Below are positions 1-8,367 of a stretch of DNA of 25,219 nucleotides, one piece after another (positions within the stretch are counted from its first letter, which is position 1; each line of letters begins with the position of its first letter). The notes under the pieces were generated by a model, which did not search any database, was not told where the DNA came from, and was given only the letters and a program-made list of their open reading frames with translations. A program made the position numbers and the translations under genes. This DNA is from a virus (Duplodnaviria > Caudoviricetes), in the IMG/VR virus record IMGVR_UViG_3300044674_001373, positions 1-25,219 of that record; one strand, given 5' to 3'.

Positions 1-562
1 TGGGGGCGAACGTGGCGTTGTGCTTGACCCTAAACGTGTTGCTGGTGCCCACTACATCTAACTCACCAAAAAACATCAAACCATCTAAAACGGGACTGCC
101 GTTGTATTGGATCACGGTCAGTGGATCAGCGTCTGGGTCCTGTAGTTCAAAGGGAGTACCCGACCTGACGGCGGCACCGCTGAAGTTGGAGCCGTTCGCA
201 GTCCAGCACCATATGAGATACGTGCCCACGCCCAGTGTGAATTGTCCCGATGATAAACTGGTTATGCCACTGGGATCACTGACGATTGAAGTGATGTCTA
301 TCTGTGGGTCAGTGCTACTGACCGCCGTGCCTATCTGTAAAATCGCTTCCTGGAACACAGCCGCCTGTGTCTCGAATCTAGAGTTGGTTGAATTATACAC
401 CAAGGTGTCCTTGTCGCTGGGTGTGGTGATGTCAAACATATCTATTATGCTGTTGGTGTTGTCTATGTTGTTTTTGATGTCAGCACGTGCCAATCTCGGC
501 TTGTCGCTGCCGCTATCCACGTTGCTTGTTGATGCCTTGTTGTTGCTGGGCCAAATAGCCAT
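1..562 (-). CDS. Tail fibre/spike-like virion protein, 3' end truncated by window edge (missing from ORF track)
   Basis: Manual translation from ATG at 562 (RBS AGGAGG just upstream): MAIWPSNNKASTSNVDSGSDKPRLARADIKNNIDNTNSIIDMFDI...DPSGITSLSSGQFTLGVGTYLIW..., open to the window edge. N-terminal domain is paralogous to 567..1334 and 12438..12869. Confidence 0.85.
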   Translation of the reverse strand, partial: MAIWPSNNKASTSNVDSGSDKPRLARADIKNNIDNTNSIIDMFDITTPSDKDTLVYNSTNSRFETQAAVFQEAILQIGTAVSSTDPQIDITSIVSDPSGITSLSSGQFTLGVGTYLIWCWTANGSNFSGAAVRSGTPFELQDPDADPLTVIQYNGSPVLDGLMFFGELDVVGTSNTFRVKHNATFAP

Positions 563-566
563 AGTG

Positions 567-1334
567 TTATCCTCCTATTTTAATTATTTCAATTACCACG
601 TCTAATTGTTGTGGGTTGTTGCTGCCTATTGTATTGCTCGACCCACCATCATATGCCAAGGTGTTGGTGCCACCTCGGTCATAGAACACGTAGTATTTCC
701 TGGTCTCACCGCTGGGTACCGTGAATTTGTATGCGTGGTTGGCGGCTCGTGCCCTTGTGTCATTGAAGAAACTGCTGTAGCCGTCCCACCTCGCCGGGTA
801 GTTGTCCGTGCTGTCGCCGTCGTCCTCTATGTTCTTGATAACGTGTCCCAGCCAACTGGGTCCTTCAACAGAACCAAACGCACCATAGTTGGTGATGTAA
901 TAAGTCTGCTCACTCTGTGTGTTGAACAAGTACGTGCCCTCTGACAACTGCCAGCCATCGCCAGTTATGTCAGTGATCAAGCCAAAGGGGTCATACTTCA
1001 GTCGCCTGTCCAGCATCTTGTTTCGCCTGCCGTCTGCTGTGGTGGGGTAGATGCCCTCCTCGCTCTGTGTCTCGTCCAAGTCCTCCTCGAATCCCTTGTA
1101 GATCAGGAACGCCTTGGCCAGTGATTGTGCTGATGTTGTGTTGAACTCTCCCGCCGTGCCGTCGTATGCTAGGATTGATCCATTGGGTGTGTCAGTGGGT
1201 ATGTCGAATGTGTCCGTTATGCTGTTGATGTTGTCTATGTCCTTCTTGATCTGTGCCCTGCTCAAGTTAGGTACGTCGGTGCCTTGGTCAATGTCTGTTG
1301 TGGTCGCTTTGTTCGAGGACGGCCAAGTGGTCAT
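567..1334 (-). CDS. Tail fibre/spike-like virion protein (shared WP...DxGxDxP N-terminal domain)
   Basis: 255 aa. N-terminus TWPSSNKATTTDIDQGTDVPNLSRAQIKKDIDNINSI matches its neighbour. Beta-rich, aromatic C-terminal domain. Confidence 0.75.
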   Translation of the reverse strand: MTTWPSSNKATTTDIDQGTDVPNLSRAQIKKDIDNINSITDTFDIPTDTPNGSILAYDGTAGEFNTTSAQSLAKAFLIYKGFEEDLDETQSEEGIYPTTADGRRNKMLDRRLKYDPFGLITDITGDGWQLSEGTYLFNTQSEQTYYITNYGAFGSVEGPSWLGHVIKNIEDDGDSTDNYPARWDGYSSFFNDTRARAANHAYKFTVPSGETRKYYVFYDRGGTNTLAYDGGSSNTIGSNNPQQLDVVIEIIKIGG

Positions 1335-1465
1335 TACTCATCTCCATCATCAAAAGGATCACGCTTCTTCAATTCCGCCAGTTTCTTATTGAACTCTTGG
1401 TTGCTTTTATACCATTCAATTGGTGTTTTGATGATTTTATATATTTCCTGTAAGATATGCTTCAT
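1334..1465 (-). CDS. Small hypothetical protein, 43 aa (below ORF-track cutoff)
   Basis: MKHILQEIYKIIKTPIEWYKSNQEFNKKLAELKKRDPFDDGDE. Fills the gap exactly, with TAATG coupling at both ends. Confidence 0.8.
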   Translation of the reverse strand: MKHILQEIYKIIKTPIEWYKSNQEFNKKLAELKKRDPFDDGDE

Positions 1466-1683
1466 TAGGTCGCCGCCGATAATTTTGTTTTAAGAAGGTT
1501 AGCGTCATCAGTGTCTGTGGCCTCAATCTGCCTCCAAACACCATCTACCTGTTTCTCAAACTTGTAAGGCATCTTCCATATTGGTGTGCCTGAATCCACT
1601 GAATGTTGTATTACGGTATCTATCACGGTTGATAGATCTGCGTTTTCAACATCATTGGTTATGTCATAATTCGCTCTATACAT
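1465..1683 (-). CDS. Hypothetical protein (possible fibre assembly factor)
   Basis: 72 aa, acidic, TAATG-coupled to both neighbours in the fibre module. Confidence 0.7.
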   Translation of the reverse strand: MYRANYDITNDVENADLSTVIDTVIQHSVDSGTPIWKMPYKFEKQVDGVWRQIEATDTDDANLLKTKLSAAT

Positions 1684-2684
1684 TAATTGGTGCCTCCTGA
1701 TCCTGGTCCGTCTGTATCTGCGATGTAGTTGATTGATCCTGTGCCTGTTTTAAACACCGTTGGTCCATCCGCCGGTGATTCTGTTCCACCATTCACCAAA
1801 GTGGTTCCATTGTGATACAAGAACAAGTCTGGCTGTGGTGCTCCACCACCCGTGCCATCCGTGCCTGGATCAACGAAACCATCCGTGTTGGCTGGGTCAT
1901 AGAAATATCTCCTCACTGATTGCGATGTGAAATCCAAACTCTGCCCTGTGTAGATCCATATTGGACCTATGTCGGCGGCCCCACCAGCCTTACCAAAAGT
2001 CTCCGCACTGGCGCTGCCAGTTGATCCATTCCATCCCTGTGAAACAAGATGTCCCACGGTCATATTCTTAAACGCTCTGACATCGAAATTACTTCCAAAA
2101 TTCTGATTTGAACTACTTGCCACGCCTGGGCCGTCATCACCGTGGAATATATGTGTGTTGCCAGGTGTAGTTGTATCTACTGGGGTTGCGTTAAGGTCTA
2201 AAGTTGCCATAACGCACTGCCAAGTGCCATCTAGGTAATTACTACGGTAATCAGTCATTGAAATGTCATTGGCGCCTGGAGTTCCATTGGTTCCATATTT
2301 TGTGTAAGTGTTGTTGCCTGAATCTAACATTCCTAATGTATAGCCAAAACCCGTGTCATACAAGAAATAAGCCTGTTCAGCACTACCGAACCAGTTAGGG
2401 TTTAATAGCCTCCATCCCAAACTGCCATTTGTTAAATTGCTGACGCCATTGACCCTGAACCACATCACCGTGGATATCTTCCTGTATTCGCCTCCTGTTG
2501 AATCACCTCCAACGATCACATCACCGGTGGTTGATACTGATTGGCTGTTTAGGTTGGTGTCAAAGTAATACGCCGCCTTGTTGGCTCCATCTACCGCCGC
2601 ACCATCATTGAATGCTCCTATGCCGCTCGCCGCCGCGGCTGGTGCCGCTGTGGTTAAAATTGATTTCGCTAAACCCAAAGGCAT
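1683..2684 (-). CDS. Putative receptor-binding/adhesin protein, LamG/concanavalin-like beta-sandwich
   Basis: 333 aa rich in G/T/S/N and aromatics. ISTVMWFR and DGTWQCVMATLD resemble LamG strands. Directly follows the tail fibre; RBS AGGAG. Confidence 0.6.
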   Translation of the reverse strand: MPLGLAKSILTTAAPAAAASGIGAFNDGAAVDGANKAAYYFDTNLNSQSVSTTGDVIVGGDSTGGEYRKISTVMWFRVNGVSNLTNGSLGWRLLNPNWFGSAEQAYFLYDTGFGYTLGMLDSGNNTYTKYGTNGTPGANDISMTDYRSNYLDGTWQCVMATLDLNATPVDTTTPGNTHIFHGDDGPGVASSSNQNFGSNFDVRAFKNMTVGHLVSQGWNGSTGSASAETFGKAGGAADIGPIWIYTGQSLDFTSQSVRRYFYDPANTDGFVDPGTDGTGGGAPQPDLFLYHNGTTLVNGGTESPADGPTVFKTGTGSINYIADTDGPGSGGTN

Positions 2685-2693
2685 TCGTGTCTC

Positions 2694-4205
2694 CTATGCG
2701 TATGCTTGGGCTATGTTGCCCAAGTAGTTGGTGCCGTCATTGAATATGGTTATAACATCGATTGAGCTGGCCGCTGTTGAAAGCGTTGGTGTGCCACCCG
2801 CAAACTTGACTGCGGTTGATCCATCAGTGCCAAACGTCGCCGTCCTCGATCCCGTGCCGTCTTGTGTTATGATTATGGTCGCTGTCTGTCCCGTGCCGAG
2901 ATTGCTGATGTTGAACTCCGTGTTGGTGCCTAACGTGATCGTATGTACTGGGGCCAACCCACAATCAACCGTTATTGTAGAACTTGACGTCAATGCGTTT
3001 ATTGTCTCCCTGTATCTCTCTATGGTGCCCAGTCTCGATTCCGCAGTATCGCTCGCGGAATAAAATGCGTAGTTGTTGGTGCCACCTGTTCCCGGTGTGT
3101 AGAATGCGTAGTGGTTTGTTATGGTCGCGGAACCCGAACTCTGGTTGTCCGTGTAAGCACTACCATAGTAGTCATACACGTTGGTCATCGTCAATGCCGC
3201 CGTTCCGTTGTTCTCTACACCATTGGTTGTCCTCACACCGTAAGCGTTATCGATCGTGATGTCCTGGTTGTGATTGCTGTAGTCCTGTATGTAAGCACCA
3301 GCGTCAATGCCACGCAGTGTGGCCAGTGTTGAAGCACCCGCACCGCTGTTCTCGACCTGTCCCCAAGCCCCTATGGCCACCGGTCCCCTCGAACTACTGG
3401 CGTTGGTGTAATCGAATCCTGCTAGATCCACGTTTGAGTTCGCGTGTATGGCCCTTGGCCTGAAGTCTGCGTCCGTGCCCGATCCGGTCAGCGTGGTGTT
3501 GTGTGCTATGATCGAGTTGTATGTTCTGTCCGCGATGCTACCAGCATCCACGCTTTCCACCGTGGCTATGATCGTGTTGCCCCGATTGGCTGTGCCAGCA
3601 ACGTTTGAATAAAGTGTTGAGTTGAATATGTTGCTGTCATCACCCGCGATGTGAATCGCACCCGTGCCGTTAGCACTGATGAACAGGTTGTCATTTGACC
3701 TTGTTGCGGTTATCTTGTTGTCGTCTATGCTGACCGCGTCATTGCCTATCGATGTGCCCGCCGTTATGCTTCCGCCCGCTGTGATGTCTGTCGTAGCACC
3801 GATCGTGGTCGATGCTGTCATATTGCCCGTGATGGCCAACGTTGAACCATCAAAAGTCAAGTTTGCCTCACCATCTAATTCAGTCGTTGTAGCACCTATG
3901 GTCGTCAGCCTGTTTGCCGCTTGGTTGTTCAATGCTGTTATGCTGCCGGCCTGGTCAGCGCCTGTTATGGTCAGCGTGTCGCCGCTCAAAGATGTTGTGA
4001 TGTTTGAGCCACCCGCTATTGTGATTGTTTTGTCATCTGAAACTTGTAGCACCGTTGAGCTGTCATCTGCTATGCCCCAAGTGCTGTCTCTTAAATTAAT
4101 TAGGTTTGAGTCAAGTTCAGCGTGTGTAAGGGCACTAGTCGCTACCTCCGTAGCACTAACGCTTGATGTGCTCGCTGTCCTTGTCTTTAAATGGGCTTTT
4201 GTCAT
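2694..4205 (-). CDS. Tail fibre protein
   Basis: 503 aa, T/S/A/G-rich. N-terminal LTHAELDSNLINL anchor, LDGEANLTFDGSTL shaft motif, C-terminal IITQDGTGSRT...KFAGGTPTLST...DVITIF domain typical of phage fibres. RBS AAGGAG. Confidence 0.85.
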   Translation of the reverse strand: MTKAHLKTRTASTSSVSATEVATSALTHAELDSNLINLRDSTWGIADDSSTVLQVSDDKTITIAGGSNITTSLSGDTLTITGADQAGSITALNNQAANRLTTIGATTTELDGEANLTFDGSTLAITGNMTASTTIGATTDITAGGSITAGTSIGNDAVSIDDNKITATRSNDNLFISANGTGAIHIAGDDSNIFNSTLYSNVAGTANRGNTIIATVESVDAGSIADRTYNSIIAHNTTLTGSGTDADFRPRAIHANSNVDLAGFDYTNASSSRGPVAIGAWGQVENSGAGASTLATLRGIDAGAYIQDYSNHNQDITIDNAYGVRTTNGVENNGTAALTMTNVYDYYGSAYTDNQSSGSATITNHYAFYTPGTGGTNNYAFYSASDTAESRLGTIERYRETINALTSSSTITVDCGLAPVHTITLGTNTEFNISNLGTGQTATIIITQDGTGSRTATFGTDGSTAVKFAGGTPTLSTAASSIDVITIFNDGTNYLGNIAQAYA

Positions 4206-4237
4206 TGTGGTATAAACTCCTTGTCTTAATACTTGAT

Positions 4238-4245
4238 TATTTATA
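4238..4245 (-). promoter_or_regulatory. T4-type late promoter TATAAATA for the tail-fibre module
   Basis: Exact T4 gp55 consensus in the intergenic gap, 32 nt upstream of the fibre ATG. No sigma70 -35 is apparent. Confidence 0.75.
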
Positions 4246-4413
4246 CTACTGACTATACAATTTGACTTTTTTTTGCTTCTCTATACAGATTATGATGTGT
4301 GTTCTGTGATGCTGGTCCTCTACTGCGATCTCCCAACCCTGTAAGGGATCGTAGTGCGTGTGTGTTATGGTGTAGTGATCTATGCCCAGGTGGTTCAACA
4401 GCACTCGCGGCAT
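4246..4413 (-). CDS. Hypothetical protein (55 aa; start reassigned)
   Basis: RBS TAAGGA before ATG at 4413 (MPRVLLNHLG...). The longer track ORF overlaps the upstream gene extensively. Confidence 0.55.
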   Translation of the reverse strand: MPRVLLNHLGIDHYTITHTHYDPLQGWEIAVEDQHHRTHIIICIEKQKKVKLYSQ

Positions 4414-4444
4414 AGTCCTTATGCTGGTAGTGATGTTGTGTGTG

Positions 4445-4813
4445 CTACACTTCAAAGAGGTTGTTGAATTCACTGCTCTTGTTGGGCTTGCTGGGTTTCT
4501 TGTTCTTGCCGGGCTTCCTGTGTATCTCGCCAATTGTTGGTCGGTGATCAGCGTCAAAGCAGTTGGCCTTGTTAGCAAAGGGCACAAGATCAAACACCTC
4601 CACGTGATGCCCTGGGTTGTTCTTGAACTTGTCTATGAGATCTACCCAATTGACGTAGTTCCTCATCTTGGGGCTGACCTGACAACTCCAAATCTCCCTC
4701 CTGCCATCTTCAAACGGCACAATGAATATGAGTTTGTGTTGTAGCCCGGCGTACTTGTGTTGGTTGGGGCCTTTGTATTTGTAGTCTTTGATTACGTCAA
4801 GTAGTGCTTCCAT
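4445..4813 (-). CDS. Hypothetical protein
   Basis: 122 aa, RBS GGAGAG, TAATG-coupled to upstream gene, basic C-terminal tail. Confidence 0.75.
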   Translation of the reverse strand: MEALLDVIKDYKYKGPNQHKYAGLQHKLIFIVPFEDGRREIWSCQVSPKMRNYVNWVDLIDKFKNNPGHHVEVFDLVPFANKANCFDADHRPTIGEIHRKPGKNKKPSKPNKSSEFNNLFEV

Positions 4814-5112
4814 TATCTCTCTCCTTCCGCTCTGGGTACAAGCTCGCAGTTGTGCCTGCTCCAGGGCTGTCTGTCATCTATTCTCCGCAGTGTGAGGTCC
4901 TTTGCCTTCTTTCCCCTCCTGTCAGTGTTGTTGTGCCAAAAGTGGTAGTAGTCCTCAAACGTCATACTCCAGGGCTCGTCCCTGAACTTGGCCTGTGCCT
5001 TGGCCATCAAGTACCACCTGTTGATTATTCTCTTCTCGTTGTCTGGGCCTTGTTTCCAACGTTCCGGGAAGGTTAGGCCCTTCTGTCCGCTAACATAACC
5101 CCTAAAGCTCAT
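4813..5112 (-). CDS. HNH-like (beta-beta-alpha) nuclease/DNA-binding protein, possibly degenerate
   Basis: AKAQAKFRDEPWSMTFEDY...LTLRRIDDRQPWSRHNCELV resembles the phage 'LxRID...Y...N' HNH-related family. The catalytic His appears substituted. Confidence 0.55.
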   Translation of the reverse strand: MSFRGYVSGQKGLTFPERWKQGPDNEKRIINRWYLMAKAQAKFRDEPWSMTFEDYYHFWHNNTDRRGKKAKDLTLRRIDDRQPWSRHNCELVPRAEGER

Positions 5113-5327
5113 TGCTTGTCCTCCCTCTCTTTTTGTCTCTGTTTTATTAGATCAATAATCTTCTCTGCCCTGTTGTCTTGATCTTTCTTGATCTGTTTCA
5201 AAGCCTGTTGTAGTTTGAAAGTGTTGATGGGCACTGCCTTGTCGCCCGCCTCTGCCGCGATCATTTTGAGTTCGTCGATCACGCCCTCCAATACGTCGAT
5301 CAAATCAATTATGTCCTGCTTCTTCAT
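5109..5327 (-). CDS. Hypothetical coiled-coil protein (start reassigned)
   Basis: ATGA overlap with the upstream stop at 5324-5327. MKKQDIIDLIDVLEG..., helical. Confidence 0.7.
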   Translation of the reverse strand: MKKQDIIDLIDVLEGVIDELKMIAAEAGDKAVPINTFKLQQALKQIKKDQDNRAEKIIDLIKQRQKEREDKQ

Positions 5328-5521
5328 TGCTTGCCCTGCCTGTTTGCCTGTTTGACACGTTTGACCCAACTGGTGCTGTTGGCCCTCACTATGTCCGCTT
5401 TGTCTGTTGCCTTGAGCTGTGTGCCGTCCTCGTATCTAACGTCTCCGTACGCCTCGAGCGCCATCTCGGCACTCTTAACGATCAACTCGTCTATGTTGTC
5501 CTCTATTTCTCTCAATGTCAT
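5324..5521 (-). CDS. Hypothetical protein
   Basis: 65 aa, ATGA overlaps at both ends. Confidence 0.7.
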   Translation of the reverse strand: MTLREIEDNIDELIVKSAEMALEAYGDVRYEDGTQLKATDKADIVRANSTSWVKRVKQANRQGKQ

Positions 5522-5823
5522 TTTATTACGCTATGTCCTCTGTTTGTAAGGCACTGCCTCACAGCGTGCCTGTATGTTGATTGACGCTTGGGTATTAGTC
5601 CCAAACTCGCCGTGCTGAAATACCAATTAACTGCCTGTTGATATGAGTCCCAAGCCTTGCTCACGTGTTTATTGACCAACTGCTCACAATGCTGTATGTC
5701 GTTAGTGATCTCACGTGCCTGGTCCTCTGGGAACGTGCCGCTCCTACCCGCAGTGTCTATAACTGGTTTGTAAGAGCACGCACTCATCAAAATCAACGTA
5801 GTTAATAATAATGCCTTGTTCAT
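5518..5823 (-). CDS. Lipoprotein with paired cysteines
   Basis: Signal peptide MNKALLLTTLILMSA-C (lipobox). D.QHC...CLTNRGH motif recalls small lipoproteins of marine alphaproteobacterial phages. Confidence 0.75.
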   Translation of the reverse strand: MNKALLLTTLILMSACSYKPVIDTAGRSGTFPEDQAREITNDIQHCEQLVNKHVSKAWDSYQQAVNWYFSTASLGLIPKRQSTYRHAVRQCLTNRGHSVIK

Positions 5824-6014
5824 TAATACACCGTCCTCTTAAACTTGACCAATTGTACCTCCACCGTACAATCTGCGTGTTTAGCCTTAACGGTCTTGCT
5901 GAAAAGACCCGCTTCTACCTTCTTGTTCTCGTTTGACACTTGCTTCATCTCAAACGATTCGTTTTTGTCTTTGTCTATGATTGTAGCCAAAGCATATAAG
6001 CCCTGTTTCGCCAT
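5823..6014 (-). CDS. Nested small protein MAKQGLYALATIID... (63 aa)
   Basis: Strong RBS AAGGAGG 8 nt before ATG at 6014, with its own promoter at 6040-6073. Confidence 0.7.
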   Translation of the reverse strand: MAKQGLYALATIIDKDKNESFEMKQVSNENKKVEAGLFSKTVKAKHADCTVEVQLVKFKRTVY

Positions 6015-6683
6015 AGTGTTGTCCTCCTTGTTGTTGTTGTATTTATTATACTTTATTTCGGGGTATTTCGCAATCAGTTTGTCAAACAATTTACGCCTGA
6101 TAGCGACTTTGTTGTCCTTCAACTGCTTGTTTAGATATCTGGCCCTCGTGCTGTCCAATGTGCCTGCCCTAGCAAGATCGCCTTTCTCGAAGCAGTATTT
6201 GATGCTGGCCTCGTCCCATTGCTTCTTGTAGTCCGCAAACACTTTGTCCTCCTGCTTCTTGTCCTTGAGCAGTTTATTGAACTCATTGTATTCTTTGCCG
6301 TCAAAGATCACGTAGTTTAACTCCGGGCAATAGTCTTTAAAGTTCAGAACCCTTTTAGGGTATTGAGGTTTGCCATCTTTCCATTTCATTATTTTAGGCG
6401 TTTTATCTGACATCGCCCAACTTAATTGTTGGAGATCTGTACTAAACGCCATAATGCTCTTGCTCTGGTCTAATCCCAAATAGTGCTGTGCCAACCATTT
6501 CTGGTGTTGCCAAGCATCACTGGTCTTGTAGTATCGCCATTGTGAGCCCAAGCCTAATTTGCCCGAGTACTGGTGCTTCCTTGTTATGCCTTTGCTTTTA
6601 GCCACGCATATTACTACCTCACGGCTACAATCATCTTTTTTAGCAAGGTCTATCTCTACTTGTTCTAACGGTTTTACAATCAT
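5823..6683 (-). CDS. Hypothetical protein, in frame with a separately initiated C-terminal 63-aa gene
   Basis: 286 aa, Lys-rich, ATGA overlap at start. The segment encoding KYNKYNNNKEDNT is a promoter plus RBS. Confidence 0.7.
   Translation of the reverse strand: MIVKPLEQVEIDLAKKDDCSREVVICVAKSKGITRKHQYSGKLGLGSQWRYYKTSDAWQHQKWLAQHYLGLDQSKSIMAFSTDLQQLSWAMSDKTPKIMKWKDGKPQYPKRVLNFKDYCPELNYVIFDGKEYNEFNKLLKDKKQEDKVFADYKKQWDEASIKYCFEKGDLARAGTLDSTRARYLNKQLKDNKVAIRRKLFDKLIAKYPEIKYNKYNNNKEDNTMAKQGLYALATIIDKDKNESFEMKQVSNENKKVEAGLFSKTVKAKHADCTVEVQLVKFKRTVY
6040..6073 (-). promoter_or_regulatory. Composite sigma70/TAAATA promoter inside a CDS
   Basis: TTGCGA (6073-6068), 17 bp, TATAAT (6050-6045), overlapping AATAAATA (6047-6040). 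Confidence 0.7.
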
Positions 6684-6868
6684 CTGTCCTCCTTTGTTTG
6701 CCTACAATCTTTAACCATCGGTATTGTCTCCTTTGCTTGTTTGTGTAGCAGTTCGTATGCCTCGTCAATAGTCTTTACAGAACCAACTACTTGGGGATTC
6801 TTACAATACACTTCATACTTGATTAGATTAACTTCATCGTCGTGTTGTTGTATTTCAAACATAAACAT
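6680..6868 (-). CDS. Hypothetical protein (62 aa; start reassigned)
   Basis: RBS AGGAGGAGG before ATG at 6868 (MFMFEIQQ...), immediately after the upstream stop. Confidence 0.7.
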   Translation of the reverse strand: MFMFEIQQHDDEVNLIKYEVYCKNPQVVGSVKTIDEAYELLHKQAKETIPMVKDCRQTKEDR

Positions 6869-6869
6869 A

Positions 6870-7499
6870 TTACGCCTCCTCCTTGTTGAATGCTTTGTTG
6901 TACCATCTCTTCGCCACGTCATCTTGATAATTGTAGTTGTAATGACCGTACGCCGTTTTATGGGTGTATCTCTTGCTCAATACAAAGCCCTCCAAAGCGT
7001 CCTGTAGTCTATGTACGAGCTCAAGCCTCTCGCTGTACGTCAGTCCTCGGGGTGTCGCAATTGATAAGTCCTGATTGTAGTTGCTCGCCAACCAAACCTC
7101 GCCCTCCCCCGGCAATCTGGGCTCTAATTTATACTTGGGCTTGATGTGTTTGTCCAAACGTAGTGCGGTACGTGATTCTATATATGCCCTAGCCTTGTCC
7201 CTGATCGACCTCTGTAGTTTGTCCTTTATCTTTTCATAGTCAAAGTCAAAGTCATTGATCTCGAACTGCCAAAGCAGGTTCCTCGCCGTGTGCTTGTCCG
7301 TCAGTTTGCCGTTTTGTTTGAGCCAACGCCTAAACACCTTCCTCATCTTCTGCTGTGAGCCCAACATCTCTAGGGTCAATTGCTCATCGATGTGTTTGTA
7401 CAACTTGTCCAAATTAACCGTGTATGCCTTCTCGCTCCTGTTGTTGGTTATGGTGTATTCAACGGGCTTGTATAACTTGGTTAGATCATATTTTTTCAT
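6870..7499 (-). CDS. Hypothetical basic protein (start reassigned)
   Basis: ATG at 7499 (MKKYDLTKL...) preceded by GGGGG. 209 aa, K/R-rich, possibly DNA-binding. Confidence 0.7.
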   Translation of the reverse strand: MKKYDLTKLYKPVEYTITNNRSEKAYTVNLDKLYKHIDEQLTLEMLGSQQKMRKVFRRWLKQNGKLTDKHTARNLLWQFEINDFDFDYEKIKDKLQRSIRDKARAYIESRTALRLDKHIKPKYKLEPRLPGEGEVWLASNYNQDLSIATPRGLTYSERLELVHRLQDALEGFVLSKRYTHKTAYGHYNYNYQDDVAKRWYNKAFNKEEA

Positions 7500-7737
7500 T
7501 GTTGCCCCCCGGGTCGCCCTGTTGCCACACAAAGTCAGTCGGACTATGTCCATTCTGCTTGACCTCCTGTGTGTTGTGCTCATTTTGTTTGAGTTTGTGA
7601 GCAAGTATGTGCTTCTCTTCCTCGATAGCCTCTTCAAGTTGCTCTATCTCCTTCTTCAAGGGCACTAACTTGTCCATAAAGAACTCCACACGTAGTATGA
7701 AGTCATTTATGACTGCTATGTCTTCTTTGTCTGCCAT
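7486..7737 (-). CDS. Hypothetical coiled-coil protein (start reassigned)
   Basis: RBS AAGGAGA before ATG at 7737 (MADKEDIAV...), directly downstream of the promoter. Confidence 0.75.
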   Translation of the reverse strand: MADKEDIAVINDFILRVEFFMDKLVPLKKEIEQLEEAIEEEKHILAHKLKQNEHNTQEVKQNGHSPTDFVWQQGDPGGNNEKI

Positions 7738-7765
7738 TTTATGTTCTCCTTTGTTTAACATTATG

Positions 7766-7799
7766 TATTTATTATAGCACAAAGCCATATATGTGTCAA
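7766..7799 (-). promoter_or_regulatory. Composite sigma70/TAAATA promoter
   Basis: TTGACA (7799-7794), 17 bp, extended TG-C-TATAAT (7776-7771), overlapping AATAAATA (7773-7766). Confidence 0.9.
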
Positions 7800-7817
7800 T
7801 TGATAAAAAGTCATCAT

Positions 7818-8198
7818 CTATGCGGTTTTGTTGTGCTTGTTCTTACAGAAGTCCCTGTTCTTATGGCTCTTATAACTATGACAGTTCTTACAGAGCGTCT
7901 GTATGTTGTCTATGACGTTATTACATCTATCGCCGTCTATGTGATCTAGTTCTAACACACCCGGGTATGGTATGTGAGCGGAGCATTCGTATCCCAACCT
8001 CGAGTCCCTGTTCTCGCAGTACGTCTTCTTCACAGCCACCACGTGCTCGTCCAATGGTTTAGCACCATATGACGCGAGATGACAGCGTCCGCACACTGGT
8101 CGCCACCGTTTAGTGCCGTTCTTGTGTGTATGGCTGTAGGCCACCTTGTTTGAGCAGTTGATGTTGATACACCTAGGGATTGAATCGTCGTGTAGCAT
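7818..8198 (-). CDS. HNH endonuclease with N-terminal Zn-binding motifs
   Basis: LELDHIDGDRCNNVIDNIQTLCKNCH is a canonical HNH motif. N-terminal CxxxxC and CxxC. Confidence 0.9.
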   Translation of the reverse strand: MLHDDSIPRCININCSNKVAYSHTHKNGTKRWRPVCGRCHLASYGAKPLDEHVVAVKKTYCENRDSRLGYECSAHIPYPGVLELDHIDGDRCNNVIDNIQTLCKNCHSYKSHKNRDFCKNKHNKTA

Positions 8199-8367
8199 AG
8201 GTCTGACAGGTCTGTTCTGGTGTGTTGAATCCCGTGTAGTTGGGGCAGGGCCAACCGTCTATGAGCTTGACCCTTGTGTGCCACAACGCAGTGCCGCACC
8301 CCTGTAAGGACAAGAGTGTTATGAGGCACAGCACCGCTGTTGTTCTGTTAAATCGTATTGACTTCAT
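8173..8367 (-). CDS. Small lipoprotein (64 aa; start reassigned)
   Basis: RBS AAGGA before ATG at 8367. MKSIRFNRTTAVLCLITLLSLQG-C lipobox; two further Cys in the mature part. Confidence 0.65.
   Translation of the reverse strand: MKSIRFNRTTAVLCLITLLSLQGCGTALWHTRVKLIDGWPCPNYTGFNTPEQTCQTYATRRFNP

Noticed and set aside
1-4205. Diversity-generating retroelement acting on fibre genes
   Set aside because: No reverse transcriptase and no template/variable repeat pair seen. Paralog similarity is N-terminal and not adenine-specific.
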